Below the pieces are notes generated by a model. The model had not been told where the DNA came from, did no database searches, and worked only from the letters and a program-made list of their open reading frames with translations. Positions 20,310 to 29,800 of a stretch of DNA of 42,363 nt are shown here, one piece after another (positions within the stretch are counted from its first letter, which is position 1; each line of letters starts with the position of its first letter). This DNA is from Acetivibrio sp. (GTDB lineage Bacteria > Bacillota > Clostridia > Lachnospirales > Lachnospiraceae), in assembly GCA_041739345.1 (NCBI GenBank), contig JBGSNZ010000012.1, positions 1 through 42,363 on the forward strand, read 5' to 3'. A program made the translations under genes and the position numbers.

Positions 20310-20891
20310 ATGTTAAATTATTTATGGGCATTTATGATTATTGTGGGTGTTGTCTTTGGAGTTTGCAACGGGAAAATTGACGCAGTTAGTAATGCGGCGC
20401 TGGACTCAAGTAAGGAGGCAGTAACACTTTGTATTACCATGCTTGGAATTATGTCTTTATGGACGGGGCTTATGCAAGTAGCAAAAGCAGCAGGAATTAT
20501 TGATGCACTTACAAAGAAGTTAATGCCGCTATTACATTTTTTGTATCCAAACATTCCAAAAGGGCATGTTGCAAATGAATACGTTGCGTCTAATATGATT
20601 GCAAACCTTTTGGGTCTTGGGTGGGCAGCCACACCGATGGGATTAAAAGCAATGGAGGAGCTTTCGAAATTAAATAAGAACTCGGAGCGTGCAAGTGTGG
20701 ATATGTGTACATTTTTAATTGTAAACATATCATCGCTGGAATTGATTCCAATTAACATCATTGCTTATCGAAGCCAGTATGGTTCGGTGAAACCAACTTC
20801 CATTTTGGTAGCAGCAATTATAGCTACAGCATGTTCAACATTGGCAGGAATTATTTTTGCAAAAGTAATGGGGAGAAGGAAAAAAGTATGA
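20310..20891 (+). CDS. spmA: spore maturation protein A (nucleoside-recognition/Gate domain)
   Basis: 193 aa polytopic membrane protein. SpmA-like motifs (LWTGLMQVAKAAGIID, NLLGLGWAATPMGLKAMEEL). Confidence 0.85.
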   Translation: MLNYLWAFMIIVGVVFGVCNGKIDAVSNAALDSSKEAVTLCITMLGIMSLWTGLMQVAKAAGIIDALTKKLMPLLHFLYPNIPKGHVANEYVASNMIANLLGLGWAATPMGLKAMEELSKLNKNSERASVDMCTFLIVNISSLELIPINIIAYRSQYGSVKPTSILVAAIIATACSTLAGIIFAKVMGRRKKV

Positions 20892-21415
20892 AATTTCTAA
20901 TTTATATTTCCGACTATATCATTCCCTTTGTTATTTTTTATATTGTAGCATTCGGAATCTTGCAAAAAGCAGATGTTTATGATGAGTTTGTAGTAGGCGC
21001 AAAAGATGGGTTGCGCACCGTTGTGGGGATAATGCCTACTTTAGTTGGTCTTATGGTTGCAGTTGGGATTTTGAGGGCTTCAGGAGCGCTTGATTTTGTT
21101 GCTAGCATCCTATCACCAGCTATGCAATATTTATGTTTTCCCTCCGAATTAATCCCACTTGCTACAGTAAAGATGTTTTCTTCTTCTGCAGCCACTGGAT
21201 TATTGCTTGATGTTTATAAGGAGCATGGACCAGATTCTTATCTAGGGACCCTGGCTTCCATTATGATGAGTTGTTCCGAAACGATTTTTTACACAATGTC
21301 GGTCTATTTTATGACGGCAAAGGTAAAAAAGACACGTTATACCTTAGCAGGTGCATTAATAGCTACACTTGCTGGAATTATTGCAAGCGTTTTCTTGACA
21401 GGAATCATTACATAA
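20888..21415 (+). CDS. spmB: spore maturation protein B
   Basis: ATGA overlap with the spmA stop. SpmB-like membrane protein (GIMPTLVGLMVAVGILRASGALD). Confidence 0.85.
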   Translation: MKFLIYISDYIIPFVIFYIVAFGILQKADVYDEFVVGAKDGLRTVVGIMPTLVGLMVAVGILRASGALDFVASILSPAMQYLCFPSELIPLATVKMFSSSAATGLLLDVYKEHGPDSYLGTLASIMMSCSETIFYTMSVYFMTAKVKKTRYTLAGALIATLAGIIASVFLTGIIT

Positions 21416-21574
21416 AAGGAATTGTACATAAAATATTTGTAATTGTTTATAATGAACAACATCAAACCCAATTAACACAGACATTTTAATTGTATCTCAT
21501 TTCCTATCGTGATATTATGAAGATAATGGAAATGAGATACTTTTATACGCAAAATAGTAAAGGTGATGATAATT

Positions 21575-23659
21575 ATGGTAGAACAAATTGGGAATAGAAA
21601 AATACATCTGGTTTCGTTTGATAATATTGAAGGATTTGATATAAGACCTGGGTTTTATGAGATAAATGGAGCAACAGCAATACCTGGTGGTGTGAATTTT
21701 ACCATTCATTCCAATCAGGCAACTTCTTGTGAACTTCTTTTGTTTCATCGAACCGAGGAAAAACCTTATGCAATTTTAAAATTTCCAGAGCATTATCGGA
21801 TTGGAAATGTGTATTCTATGATTGTGTTTCAACTTAACATTGAAGAATTTGAATATGCATATCGCTTAGATGGACCTTATATTCCGGAAAAAGGGATTCT
21901 TTTTGACAAATCAAAATATTTATTAGACCCGTATGCGAAAGCAGTCACTGGTCAAAGTGTCTGGGGAGAAACAAGGGCAATTGGAAATCAGTATAAAGCC
22001 CGCGTAGTAAAGGATGACTTTGACTGGGAGAATTGCGTCCAACCGTTAACACCAATGGAGGATTTAATAATCTACGAAATGCATGTTCGTGGGTTTACAA
22101 AAGATATCTCTTCTGGTGTTGTAAACCATGGGACCTTTGCTGGGCTTAGGGAAAAGATCCCTTATTTGAAAGAGCTTGGAATTACAGCGGTAGAGCTTAT
22201 GCCTATTTTTGAGTTTGATGAGCTTCTTGAAATAAGGGAACATGATGGAGTAAAACTTCTTGATTACTGGGGATACAATACCGTAAGCTTTTTCTCACCA
22301 AACACCGGATATTGCTCCAGCATTGAATACAATCGGGAAGGAAATGAATTAAAGCAATTGATTAAAGAATTGCATCAGAATGAAATCGAAGTATTTTTGG
22401 ATGTTGTATTCAATCATACCGCAGAAGGCAATGAAAAGGGACCTTACTTTTCGTTTAAAGGATTTGACAACAACATTTATTATATGCTAACACCGGAGGG
22501 ATTTTATTTTAATTTCAGTGGCTGTGGAAACACGCTCAACTGCAATCATCCAATTGTGCAGCAAATGATACTAGAGTGCTTGCGTTATTGGGTAACCGCA
22601 TACCGGGTGGATGGGTTCCGATTTGATTTAGCTAGTATATTAGGAAGAAATGAAGATGGAACGCCGATGAGTAAACCACCATTATTGCAAAGCCTTGCAT
22701 TTGATCCTATTTTAGGTAGAGTAAAGCTGATTGCAGAAGCTTGGGATGCCGGAGGCCTTTATCAGGTTGGCAGCTTTCCTGCATGGAATCGATGGGTTGA
22801 ATGGAACGGAAAATATCGGGATGATATTCGAAGTTTCTTAAAGGGTGATTATGGAAAAGTAAAGGCAGCAGCCAATTGTATAACTGGTTCTCCAGATTTA
22901 TATTTACCAGAGAGCGGAGGGAGCAAAGCATGCATAAACTTTATTACTTGCCATGACGGATTTACGCTTCATGATTTGTATTCCTATAATATTAAACATA
23001 ATAAAAAGAATGGATGGAACAATACCGATGGAAGCGATGCTAATTGTAGTTGGAATTGTGGTGTGGAAGGAGAAACCGATAATATAGAAATCCTCAAGCT
23101 ACGAAAGCGAATGGTAAAAAATGCATGCGCCGTTTTAATGTTAAGCCGTGGTGTTCCTATGTTTTTGGCAGGAGATGAATTTGGTAATACCCAATATGGA
23201 AACAACAATGCCTACTGCCAGGATAACTTAGTTTCTTGGCTTGACTGGAAACTGCTGGTTGAGAATCGCGATCTGTTTGAGTTTTTTAAAACAATGATAG
23301 CGCTCCGCAAAGAACATCGTATTATCCGCATGGAGACACCAAGATGCTCCATTAATTTGCCCGAAATAAGCATACATGGTCTAAGGCCGTTTGAACAAAA
23401 TTTTAATGAAAACAATCACTATTTGGGTATATTATATGCTGGAAGAACGGAAAATAATTTAGAAGACGACATTCTCTACCTGGCAATTAATACCTATTGG
23501 GAAGAACAGGAAGTGGAACTTCCGCATCTTAGAACAGGAAGTGTTTGGAAGCAAATTGTTTCTACAATGGAGATGCAAATGGATGAAGATATCATACTAA
23601 ATAACAAATTAGTTATAGGGTCACGAAGCGTTATAATTATGCAAGCCATTTCATTATAA
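21575..23659 (+). CDS. glgX: GH13 debranching enzyme (GlgX/isoamylase/pullulanase type, CBM48 N-domain)
   Basis: All four alpha-amylase-family regions are present: I DVVFNH, II GFRFDLASIL, III AEAWD, IV FITCHD. N-terminal E-set/CBM48-like domain. ATG 21575 is 8 nt after AAAGGTGA. Confidence 0.85.
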   Translation: MVEQIGNRKIHLVSFDNIEGFDIRPGFYEINGATAIPGGVNFTIHSNQATSCELLLFHRTEEKPYAILKFPEHYRIGNVYSMIVFQLNIEEFEYAYRLDGPYIPEKGILFDKSKYLLDPYAKAVTGQSVWGETRAIGNQYKARVVKDDFDWENCVQPLTPMEDLIIYEMHVRGFTKDISSGVVNHGTFAGLREKIPYLKELGITAVELMPIFEFDELLEIREHDGVKLLDYWGYNTVSFFSPNTGYCSSIEYNREGNELKQLIKELHQNEIEVFLDVVFNHTAEGNEKGPYFSFKGFDNNIYYMLTPEGFYFNFSGCGNTLNCNHPIVQQMILECLRYWVTAYRVDGFRFDLASILGRNEDGTPMSKPPLLQSLAFDPILGRVKLIAEAWDAGGLYQVGSFPAWNRWVEWNGKYRDDIRSFLKGDYGKVKAAANCITGSPDLYLPESGGSKACINFITCHDGFTLHDLYSYNIKHNKKNGWNNTDGSDANCSWNCGVEGETDNIEILKLRKRMVKNACAVLMLSRGVPMFLAGDEFGNTQYGNNNAYCQDNLVSWLDWKLLVENRDLFEFFKTMIALRKEHRIIRMETPRCSINLPEISIHGLRPFEQNFNENNHYLGILYAGRTENNLEDDILYLAINTYWEEQEVELPHLRTGSVWKQIVSTMEMQMDEDIILNNKLVIGSRSVIIMQAISL

Positions 23660-23767
23660 CTAGTAAAAAAACACTTGTAATTAAAAAAAACACTTGCTTT
23701 TTTAAAAAGAGTTGATAAAATGAATAAATATACAAAAAATATACATTCAAATACGGAGGGTTATAAA

Positions 23768-24556
23768 ATGAAGAAATTAATAGCAGTAGTTTTAATGTTA
23801 TGTACGACCGTATCACTTGCCGGATGTGGAAAATCGGTACCAGCAAATCAGGTGTTTTCAATAGATGATTTACCAGGGAAAACAATTGGTGTCCAGCTAG
23901 GAACAACAGGTGATATTTATGCAGCGGATTACGAAGAGCAAGATTCTACCGTAGAACGTTACAACAAAGGAAATGATGCAATTCAGTCTTTAAAGCAGGG
24001 TAAAATTGACTGTGTTATTATTGATGAACAACCAGCAAAAGCATTTGTTGCAAAGAATGATGACTTAAAGATTATCGAAGGTGGATTTGATCCAGAAGAA
24101 TATGCAATCTGTATTTCGAAAGATAAAGCGGATTTAAAAACTAGTATTAATCAAGCCATCACTGATTTAAAATCAGAAGGAACCTTAGATGCCATCATTG
24201 GAAACTATATTGGGGACGATACCAAAGGAAAGACTCCTTATACATCTCCTGCAGATATTATTAGAAGCAACGGAATACTCGTAATGGCTACGAATGCTGC
24301 ATTTGAACCTTACGAATATTATCAAGACCAAAAGGTTGTTGGTATTGATGTTGACTTAGCACAGGCAATCGCTGATAAGCTTGGAATGGAATTAAAAGTT
24401 GAGGATATGGAATTTGATGCGATCATCAATGCCGTACAGTCTGGAAAAGCAGATATCGGAGTGGCAGGAATGACGATTACAGAAGACCGTCTTATCAGCA
24501 TTGACTTTACCGATACGTATACAACCGCACAGCAAGCAATTGTGGTTAGAAAATAA
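23768..24556 (+). CDS. amino-acid ABC transporter substrate-binding lipoprotein (family 3 SBP)
   Basis: Signal peptide with lipobox LAGC. Two-lobe SBP_bac_3 pattern, tandem in this protein. ATG 23768 after GGAGGG. Confidence 0.85.
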   Translation: MKKLIAVVLMLCTTVSLAGCGKSVPANQVFSIDDLPGKTIGVQLGTTGDIYAADYEEQDSTVERYNKGNDAIQSLKQGKIDCVIIDEQPAKAFVAKNDDLKIIEGGFDPEEYAICISKDKADLKTSINQAITDLKSEGTLDAIIGNYIGDDTKGKTPYTSPADIIRSNGILVMATNAAFEPYEYYQDQKVVGIDVDLAQAIADKLGMELKVEDMEFDAIINAVQSGKADIGVAGMTITEDRLISIDFTDTYTTAQQAIVVRK

Positions 24557-24569
24557 GCAGGTGGTATAA

Positions 24570-25259
24570 TTGGAAGATTTTAAGATAAGATTTATAAACA
24601 ACTTTATCACGGATAATCGATGGAAATATCTGACGGATGGCCTTAAAACCACATTTTTAATTACTTTTTTTGCAGTATTAATTGGTATTTTGCTTGGATT
24701 TTTGGTAGCAATTATTCGTTCCACGGCTGACAAAAACGGTAATTTCAAAATAGCAAATGCAATTTGTAAGCTTTATTTAACGGTAATTCGAGGAACGCCG
24801 GTAATGATTCAATTACTTATCATTTACTATGTTATTTTTCAAAGCGTTGCAATCGATAAGCGAGTAGTAGCTATATTAGCATTTGGACTTAACTCTGGGG
24901 CGTATGTTGCAGAAATTGTAAGGTCTGGTATTATGGCAGTTGAAGAAGGGCAATTTGAGGCAGGAAGAAGTTTGGGATTTGGTTATGTTCAAACAATGTG
25001 GTATATTATCATGCCTCAGGCTTTTAAAAATGTACTGCCTGCATTAGGTAACGAGTTTATTGTGTTAGTAAAAGAGACCTCAATTTGTGGTTATATTGCA
25101 TTAACGGATTTAACACATGGCGGAAATACAATACGAAGCCAGACCTATGATGCGTTCATGCCCCTAATTGCAGTAGCACTTATCTATCTTTTAATAGTAT
25201 GTGCCCTTTCTTCCGGGGTATCTCGATTGGAAAGGAGACTTCGTACCAATGAGCGATAA
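24570..25259 (+). CDS. amino-acid ABC transporter permease (His/Glu/Gln/Arg/opine family)
   Basis: EAA-loop region ([20 protein letters not shown]) and polytopic TM profile. Confidence 0.85.
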   Translation: MEDFKIRFINNFITDNRWKYLTDGLKTTFLITFFAVLIGILLGFLVAIIRSTADKNGNFKIANAICKLYLTVIRGTPVMIQLLIIYYVIFQSVAIDKRVVAILAFGLNSGAYVAEIVRSGIMAVEEGQFEAGRSLGFGYVQTMWYIIMPQAFKNVLPALGNEFIVLVKETSICGYIALTDLTHGGNTIRSQTYDAFMPLIAVALIYLLIVCALSSGVSRLERRLRTNER

Positions 25260-25986
25260 TATTTTATTTGAAATTGAAAATTTATATAAAGACTTTGGCG
25301 AAGTTAAGGTCCTTAATAATATTAATACAACCATCTCGCAAGGAGAGGTAGTGGTAATAATTGGGCCATCCGGTTCCGGAAAATCGACTTTTCTTCGCTC
25401 CCTTAACTTACTAGAACAGCCAACCTCCGGAACTATCCGTTTTGAGGGGCTAGATATTACAGATAAAAAATCAAATATTAATAAATACCGCCAAAAAATA
25501 GGAATGGTATTTCAGCATTTTAATTTATTTCCACATAAGACAATTCTTGAAAATATGACACTTGCTCCTATGAAGCTTTTTAAGAAATCAAAAGAAGAAG
25601 CACAGAAAGAAGCAATGGAATTATTAAAGAGAGTTGGTTTGGAAGAAAAGGCAAATGCTTACCCTTCCCAGTTATCCGGTGGTCAAAAACAAAGAATAGC
25701 TATTGTACGTTCTCTTTGCATGAATCCAGACGTTATGCTCTTTGACGAACCAACGAGTGCACTCGATCCTGAAATGGTTGGAGAAGTTTTAAATGTTATG
25801 GAAGACCTAGCAAGAGGCGGAATGACAATGGTAATCGTAACACATGAAATGGGATTTGCTAAAAGAGTGGGAACTAGAATTATATTTATTGATGAGGGAG
25901 AAATTAAGGAAGAAAACCCTCCAATGGAGTTTTTTGAACATTCACAAAATCCACGTTTGAAAGAGTTCTTGTCGAAAGTGTTATAA
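25249..25986 (+). CDS. amino-acid ABC transporter ATP-binding protein
   Basis: Walker [11 protein letters not shown]-loop, signature LSGGQKQR, Walker [13 protein letters not shown]-loop. The start overlaps the permease stop. Confidence 0.9.
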   Translation: MSDNILFEIENLYKDFGEVKVLNNINTTISQGEVVVIIGPSGSGKSTFLRSLNLLEQPTSGTIRFEGLDITDKKSNINKYRQKIGMVFQHFNLFPHKTILENMTLAPMKLFKKSKEEAQKEAMELLKRVGLEEKANAYPSQLSGGQKQRIAIVRSLCMNPDVMLFDEPTSALDPEMVGEVLNVMEDLARGGMTMVIVTHEMGFAKRVGTRIIFIDEGEIKEENPPMEFFEHSQNPRLKEFLSKVL

Positions 25987-25990
25987 ATTA

Positions 25991-26330
25991 AATTCTGGGT
26001 TAACTACGAAGGACGGACGCGAGTTTTTGTTGATAAGTGACGCCAGGAAAGGCTGATCAATTTTTATACTTTTTACAATTTACACGGCTCCCATGCTAGG
26101 ATTTTATATCAATCGTATAAGCATTCCACGTAATCTCTGGACGTCGAAAAAATAGCTCTAAGGAGCTATTTTTTCGACAGAGTTTACGTTCCATATACTT
26201 TAATGATATAAAATCCTAGCATGGGAGCCGTGTAAATTATACTATAGATTTATGAGCTCAGCCTTTCATGGCTGACTACGAGATACGGACTCGCTGATTT
26301 TCTAGCGTTTTATAAACCAAAACTAGAATT
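25991..26330 (+). repeat. type-1 foldback/MITE-like repeat, copy A (long imperfect palindrome with AATTCTGG termini)
   Basis: Begins AATTCTGGGTT 4 bp after the ABC ATPase stop and ends ..AACCAAAACTAGAATT (inverted terminus). Internally a ~300-bp imperfect hairpin centred on GCTCTAAGGAGCTAT. About 85-90% identical to rc(29388-29722) and to 42021-42222. Confidence 0.8.
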
Positions 26331-26706
26331 AAGAGTGAAGTGGTAAAAAGTCAAAGGTAGTTGTCATGTGATACACGGTCTTTGACTTTTTACTGTAAAC
26401 ATTCCAAACAACAGCGGCACCATTTTTCAAAATCAGCAAAAAAGCGGTGCTTATAATCTTCCTAATTCGAATGGAGGGGATGGCCTGTCCTTTGCATCAT
26501 TTAGCATATGAGATGGAAACTCTATTGAAAAAGAAGCTCCAAAGAGCTTCTTTTTCAATGATTAGAGGTTCTATCGAATGCTTATGCGGTTGATGCTAAG
26601 GACAGGCCATCCCCTCCATTCGAATGTCGAAACCATAAAAGCACCGTTTTCTTGCGTGACTTTCCCAAAACACGACGCGTACGTCATGAACAGTTAAACC
26701 AGAATT
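26331..26706 (-). repeat. type-2 foldback repeat, copy B (inverted relative to copy C)
   Basis: Ends ..AAACCAGAATT (rc AATTCTGGTTT). Contains a near-perfect nested palindrome TTCGAATGGAGGGGATGGCCTGTCCTT...AAGGACAGGCCATCCCCTCCATTCGAA with core GAAAAAGAAGCTCCAAAGAGCTTCTTTTTC. rc(B) aligns with 28934-29387. Confidence 0.75.
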
Positions 26707-26716
26707 CTTGAAATTA

Positions 26717-28753
26717 CTAGATGCTTTCGTTCGGAGTTTCTTCTTCTATTTTAAGACCGTCATCCATTTTTTCTTCTGTTTCACTAGGTGCGTTTACATT
26801 ATTTTCTACAACTTCGTCCGTTTTAATTGTTACGCCGAATTTTTCAAGAGTGATAAACTTTAGAAGCGTATCTATTATAGTTCCACTTCCGCCATCTTTG
26901 TTGTCTCCCATATTTACTACGGTCTTTGGAACGATATCAACCTTAGCACTCTTGATTGCATCCGATAATTTTTCTGAAACATCCTGAATAACACGATATT
27001 CTGCTCCGCCATAAGCCTTAACCTGAGCATCAATTGCACGGGCCTTAGCTAAACCTACATTAGATTCCTTAGATGCTTCCGCTTCACCTTCTAAGGTAAT
27101 TTTTAAGGAATTAGCTTTTGCAAGAGCAACAATCTGATTTGCTTCCTGCTCCGCTTTACTTGCTAATGCAGCACCGCTATTACGTTCGATTTCAATCTGA
27201 ATCTTTGAATTAGTAAGGAAGCTTTGCTGTTCCGCAACTGCCTCAGCTTCGCGGAGGGATTTTTCACTTTCCGCTGCAGATTGTTGTTTCTGGTAGGTTA
27301 CTTTCTTTTCTTCCGCAATCTGTCTTTCGCGTAATTGCGTTAGGATATTCTCAATCTGCTTATCTTCTACCGGTGATTTCGGAGTACCGATTAATACTTC
27401 TTCTAATTGAAGATTATATTTCTGGAATTTATCCCTCATCTCACCAAGGGATTTTTCACGGATTTCACTACGTTCCTGAATAAGTTCAATTAAGGTTTTT
27501 GTCTGAGCTACATCTTTGAAATATGCACTAACAAGTGGGTCAAGGGATTGGTTAACCAGCATATTAATATCACCAAAACGTTGGATGACCCAAGGAGCCT
27601 GCTTGTAATCAATATGCATAACAACAGATAGCGGTAAGGATGGCTCAAATGCATCCTTTGTAATGATATCTACTTCGGTCAAATTTTCATCATATTTATG
27701 AGTTCCGACTTCAGATTTGTTCCATTTTAAGATGATGTTCGTAGTTGGAACAAGAACGACTTTACCTGCATCCGTATTAAATGCATATTTACCAGGCATC
27801 AAAGGTTTTTCTAATACGCCCTTGCAGCCTTGACCAACCAGCTCGCCGTGTTTATAATCAGCACCCGTTGTATCCACACCCTCCGTACCAAAGAAGGAAA
27901 CAACAACGCCCACGAAACCGATAGGAACAACAGTCTTTGGTCTGAATTCTATGGTAGCAAACAACCGGTTAATGTAATAGGTACCATCCGTTAATACTTG
28001 TAACTGCTTACCTCTTTTTCCGCCAATTTCCAAGAATTTTTCTGGGTCTTGGAAACTTGCATGTTCCGCGCCCATATCAGGGGCAATGATTTCGCCTTGT
28101 TCAAGAGACTGTCCATCATGAATCGTTACGATGCCCATCAAATCACTATCCTGACTATTATTTCCCATGATTACTACCGGTCGAAAAGCAGTTCTATTAT
28201 TTAATGTTTCTTGCATGCTAGCCAACTCTTGTCTTTCATGTACATTACCACCACTAATAGCTTTAATATCGTTAGGGGTGATTACAATAAATTGTGCTAA
28301 GTTAATTGCATATGTACCTTCACGTAAGATGCCTCTTTGTGGACCTCTTTGACCGCCAGACTGTAAGAATCCTTTAACATCTTGAAAATTATTAGCTTCT
28401 TTTACTACCTTGCCAAGTGTTTGTACCGGGTTAAGTGGATGCCCGTCTTTTGCAAATACATAGGCAATTTGTCCTTGGGGTACAGTAATTAGTGGATACC
28501 TATGAATTTTGTACATTAACACAGATTTAAAATGAATACCACCACGAAGAACGTCAGGCTCATAACCAGCTTCCCCATTTAATGCAATGATAGAATCTTT
28601 CAAAGAACCTTTCATACTCCACCATTTTTCTACTACAGCTACTTCATTTGAATTAATAATCCTTAATCCTAAAATCTGAAAGATTAGCAAATATAGCCCT
28701 AATAACACTCCTAGTCCAATCAAAATGATTGGTAACATTGAAATAATTTCCAT
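26717..28753 (-). CDS. floT: flotillin-family (SPFH/band-7) membrane protein, FloT-like
   Basis: 678 aa. N-terminal TM hairpin, SPFH domain, long Ala/Glu/Gln-rich coiled-coil 'flotillin' region (...AEEKKVTYQKQQSAAESEKSLREAEAVAEQQ...EQEANQIVALAKANS...) and acidic C-terminal tail. RBS AAGAGGGA 6 nt before the ATG. Confidence 0.85.
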   Translation of the reverse strand: MEIISMLPIILIGLGVLLGLYLLIFQILGLRIINSNEVAVVEKWWSMKGSLKDSIIALNGEAGYEPDVLRGGIHFKSVLMYKIHRYPLITVPQGQIAYVFAKDGHPLNPVQTLGKVVKEANNFQDVKGFLQSGGQRGPQRGILREGTYAINLAQFIVITPNDIKAISGGNVHERQELASMQETLNNRTAFRPVVIMGNNSQDSDLMGIVTIHDGQSLEQGEIIAPDMGAEHASFQDPEKFLEIGGKRGKQLQVLTDGTYYINRLFATIEFRPKTVVPIGFVGVVVSFFGTEGVDTTGADYKHGELVGQGCKGVLEKPLMPGKYAFNTDAGKVVLVPTTNIILKWNKSEVGTHKYDENLTEVDIITKDAFEPSLPLSVVMHIDYKQAPWVIQRFGDINMLVNQSLDPLVSAYFKDVAQTKTLIELIQERSEIREKSLGEMRDKFQKYNLQLEEVLIGTPKSPVEDKQIENILTQLRERQIAEEKKVTYQKQQSAAESEKSLREAEAVAEQQSFLTNSKIQIEIERNSGAALASKAEQEANQIVALAKANSLKITLEGEAEASKESNVGLAKARAIDAQVKAYGGAEYRVIQDVSEKLSDAIKSAKVDIVPKTVVNMGDNKDGGSGTIIDTLLKFITLEKFGVTIKTDEVVENNVNAPSETEEKMDDGLKIEEETPNESI

Positions 28754-28933
28754 TCGTTTTCCCTCTTTCTTTTATAAAGTCAACTATTTACACATAGGAT
28801 TGTGCAAAAGGTGCTCCCCTAGAAACGGAGGCTCCCTAATTCCTTTTGCATTCCTAATATATATAATATCACAGTTTATTACATTATGTTTAACTATATG
28901 AGATTTTTAATTGTTTTCAAGGCATAATGATTT

Positions 28934-29387
28934 AATTCTGGTTTTCCTACGCAGGACGGACGTGGGGGCTTTTGGAAAGTCACGCAGGATGAGCGGTGAG
29001 TATATGGTTTTCGAAATTCGAATAGAGCACCGGGGCTGGTCTTAAAATCAGACGCATTAACCACTCGGCAGAACCTCTAAGCAAGGCAGAATGAGCTCTT
29101 TGGGAGCTCATTCTGCCTTGCTTAGAGGTTCTACCTCATAATGCTAAAATGCTTTTAAGACCAGCCCCGGTGCTCCATTCGAACTAGTAAGACTATGACC
29201 ACTGCGCATTTTGCTGGTTTTTGGTAAACGCCTCGCTGTTGTCTGAAATGTTAAAGTAAATACTGGAATTTATACGAAGATAGTAGTAAAAAGAGCAGGT
29301 GATGCCGTTGTTATTTGGTAATTTGCAGAAAAGAATTATTTATATCTCACTGGGTTTGCTTTTGACATTTTACCGAATGCTCCCAAA
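28934..29387 (+). repeat. type-2 foldback repeat, copy C
   Basis: Starts AATTCTGGTTTTCCTACGCAGGACGGACG (same 5' module as copy A). Nested palindrome CGAATAGAGCACCGGGGCTGGTCTTAAAA...TTTTAAGACCAGCCCCGGTGCTCCATTCGAA with core CCTCTAAGCAAGGCAGAATGAGCTCTTTGGGAGCTCATTCTGCCTTGCTTAGAGG. The distal part is homologous to rc of B. Confidence 0.75.
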
Positions 29388-29722
29388 TTCTGGTTTTTAC
29401 TATATGAAACGATTGTAAACCAGCGAGTCCGTATTTCGTAATCAGCCACGAAAGGCTGAGCTCATAATCTATCATTCAATTTACACGGCTCCCAGGCTAG
29501 GATTTTATATCATTAGAGCATATGGAACGTAAACTCTATCAAAAATCGGCTCCCAAGAGCCAATTTTTCGATTGCTTAGAGGTTACGTGGAATGCTTATG
29601 CGACTGATATAAAATCTTAGCCTGGGAGCCGTGTAAATTGTATAAAGACAAAACTGCTCAGGCTTTCCTGGCGTCACTTATCAACAAAAACTCGCGTCCG
29701 TCCTTCATAGTTAAACCGAAAT
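29388..29722 (-). repeat. type-1 foldback repeat, copy D (inverted copy of A)
   Basis: rc(D) aligns base-for-base with A over ~335 bp with scattered substitutions and small indels. Confidence 0.8.
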
Positions 29723-29800
29723 CTAAATCTTTACTTTGAGATAAAAATTGCGTATAATAAAATTAAATTTAACGGTTTGTGAGTATAGGGAGGATGAAAT

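Noticed and set aside
20318-20761. 147-aa minus-strand ORF opposite spmA
   Set aside because: It is the mirror frame of a conserved membrane-protein gene.
26721-28352. Plus-strand ORFs inside the flotillin gene (26721..26987, 28167..28352)
   Set aside because: They are antisense to the SPFH and coiled-coil coding sequence, serine- and leucine-rich artefacts.
29290-29405. 36-aa hydrophobic mini-ORF (MPLLFGNLQKRIIYISLGLLLTFYRMLPNSGFYYMKRL) inside repeat C, considered as a possible type I toxin
   Set aside because: There is no spacing between the putative SD and the ATG. The homologous position in copy B is interrupted by a stop after 17 codons. It is most likely a chance ORF in repeat DNA.
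25991-29722. Possible CRISPR array, because of the dense repeats
   Set aside because: The repeats are long (hundreds of bp), inverted and nested palindromes. They are not short direct repeats separated by unique spacers, and no cas genes are present.
25991-29722. Autonomous IS or transposon carrying flotillin
   Set aside because: There is no transposase or integrase ORF anywhere in the window. Only non-autonomous MITE-like elements can be supported.
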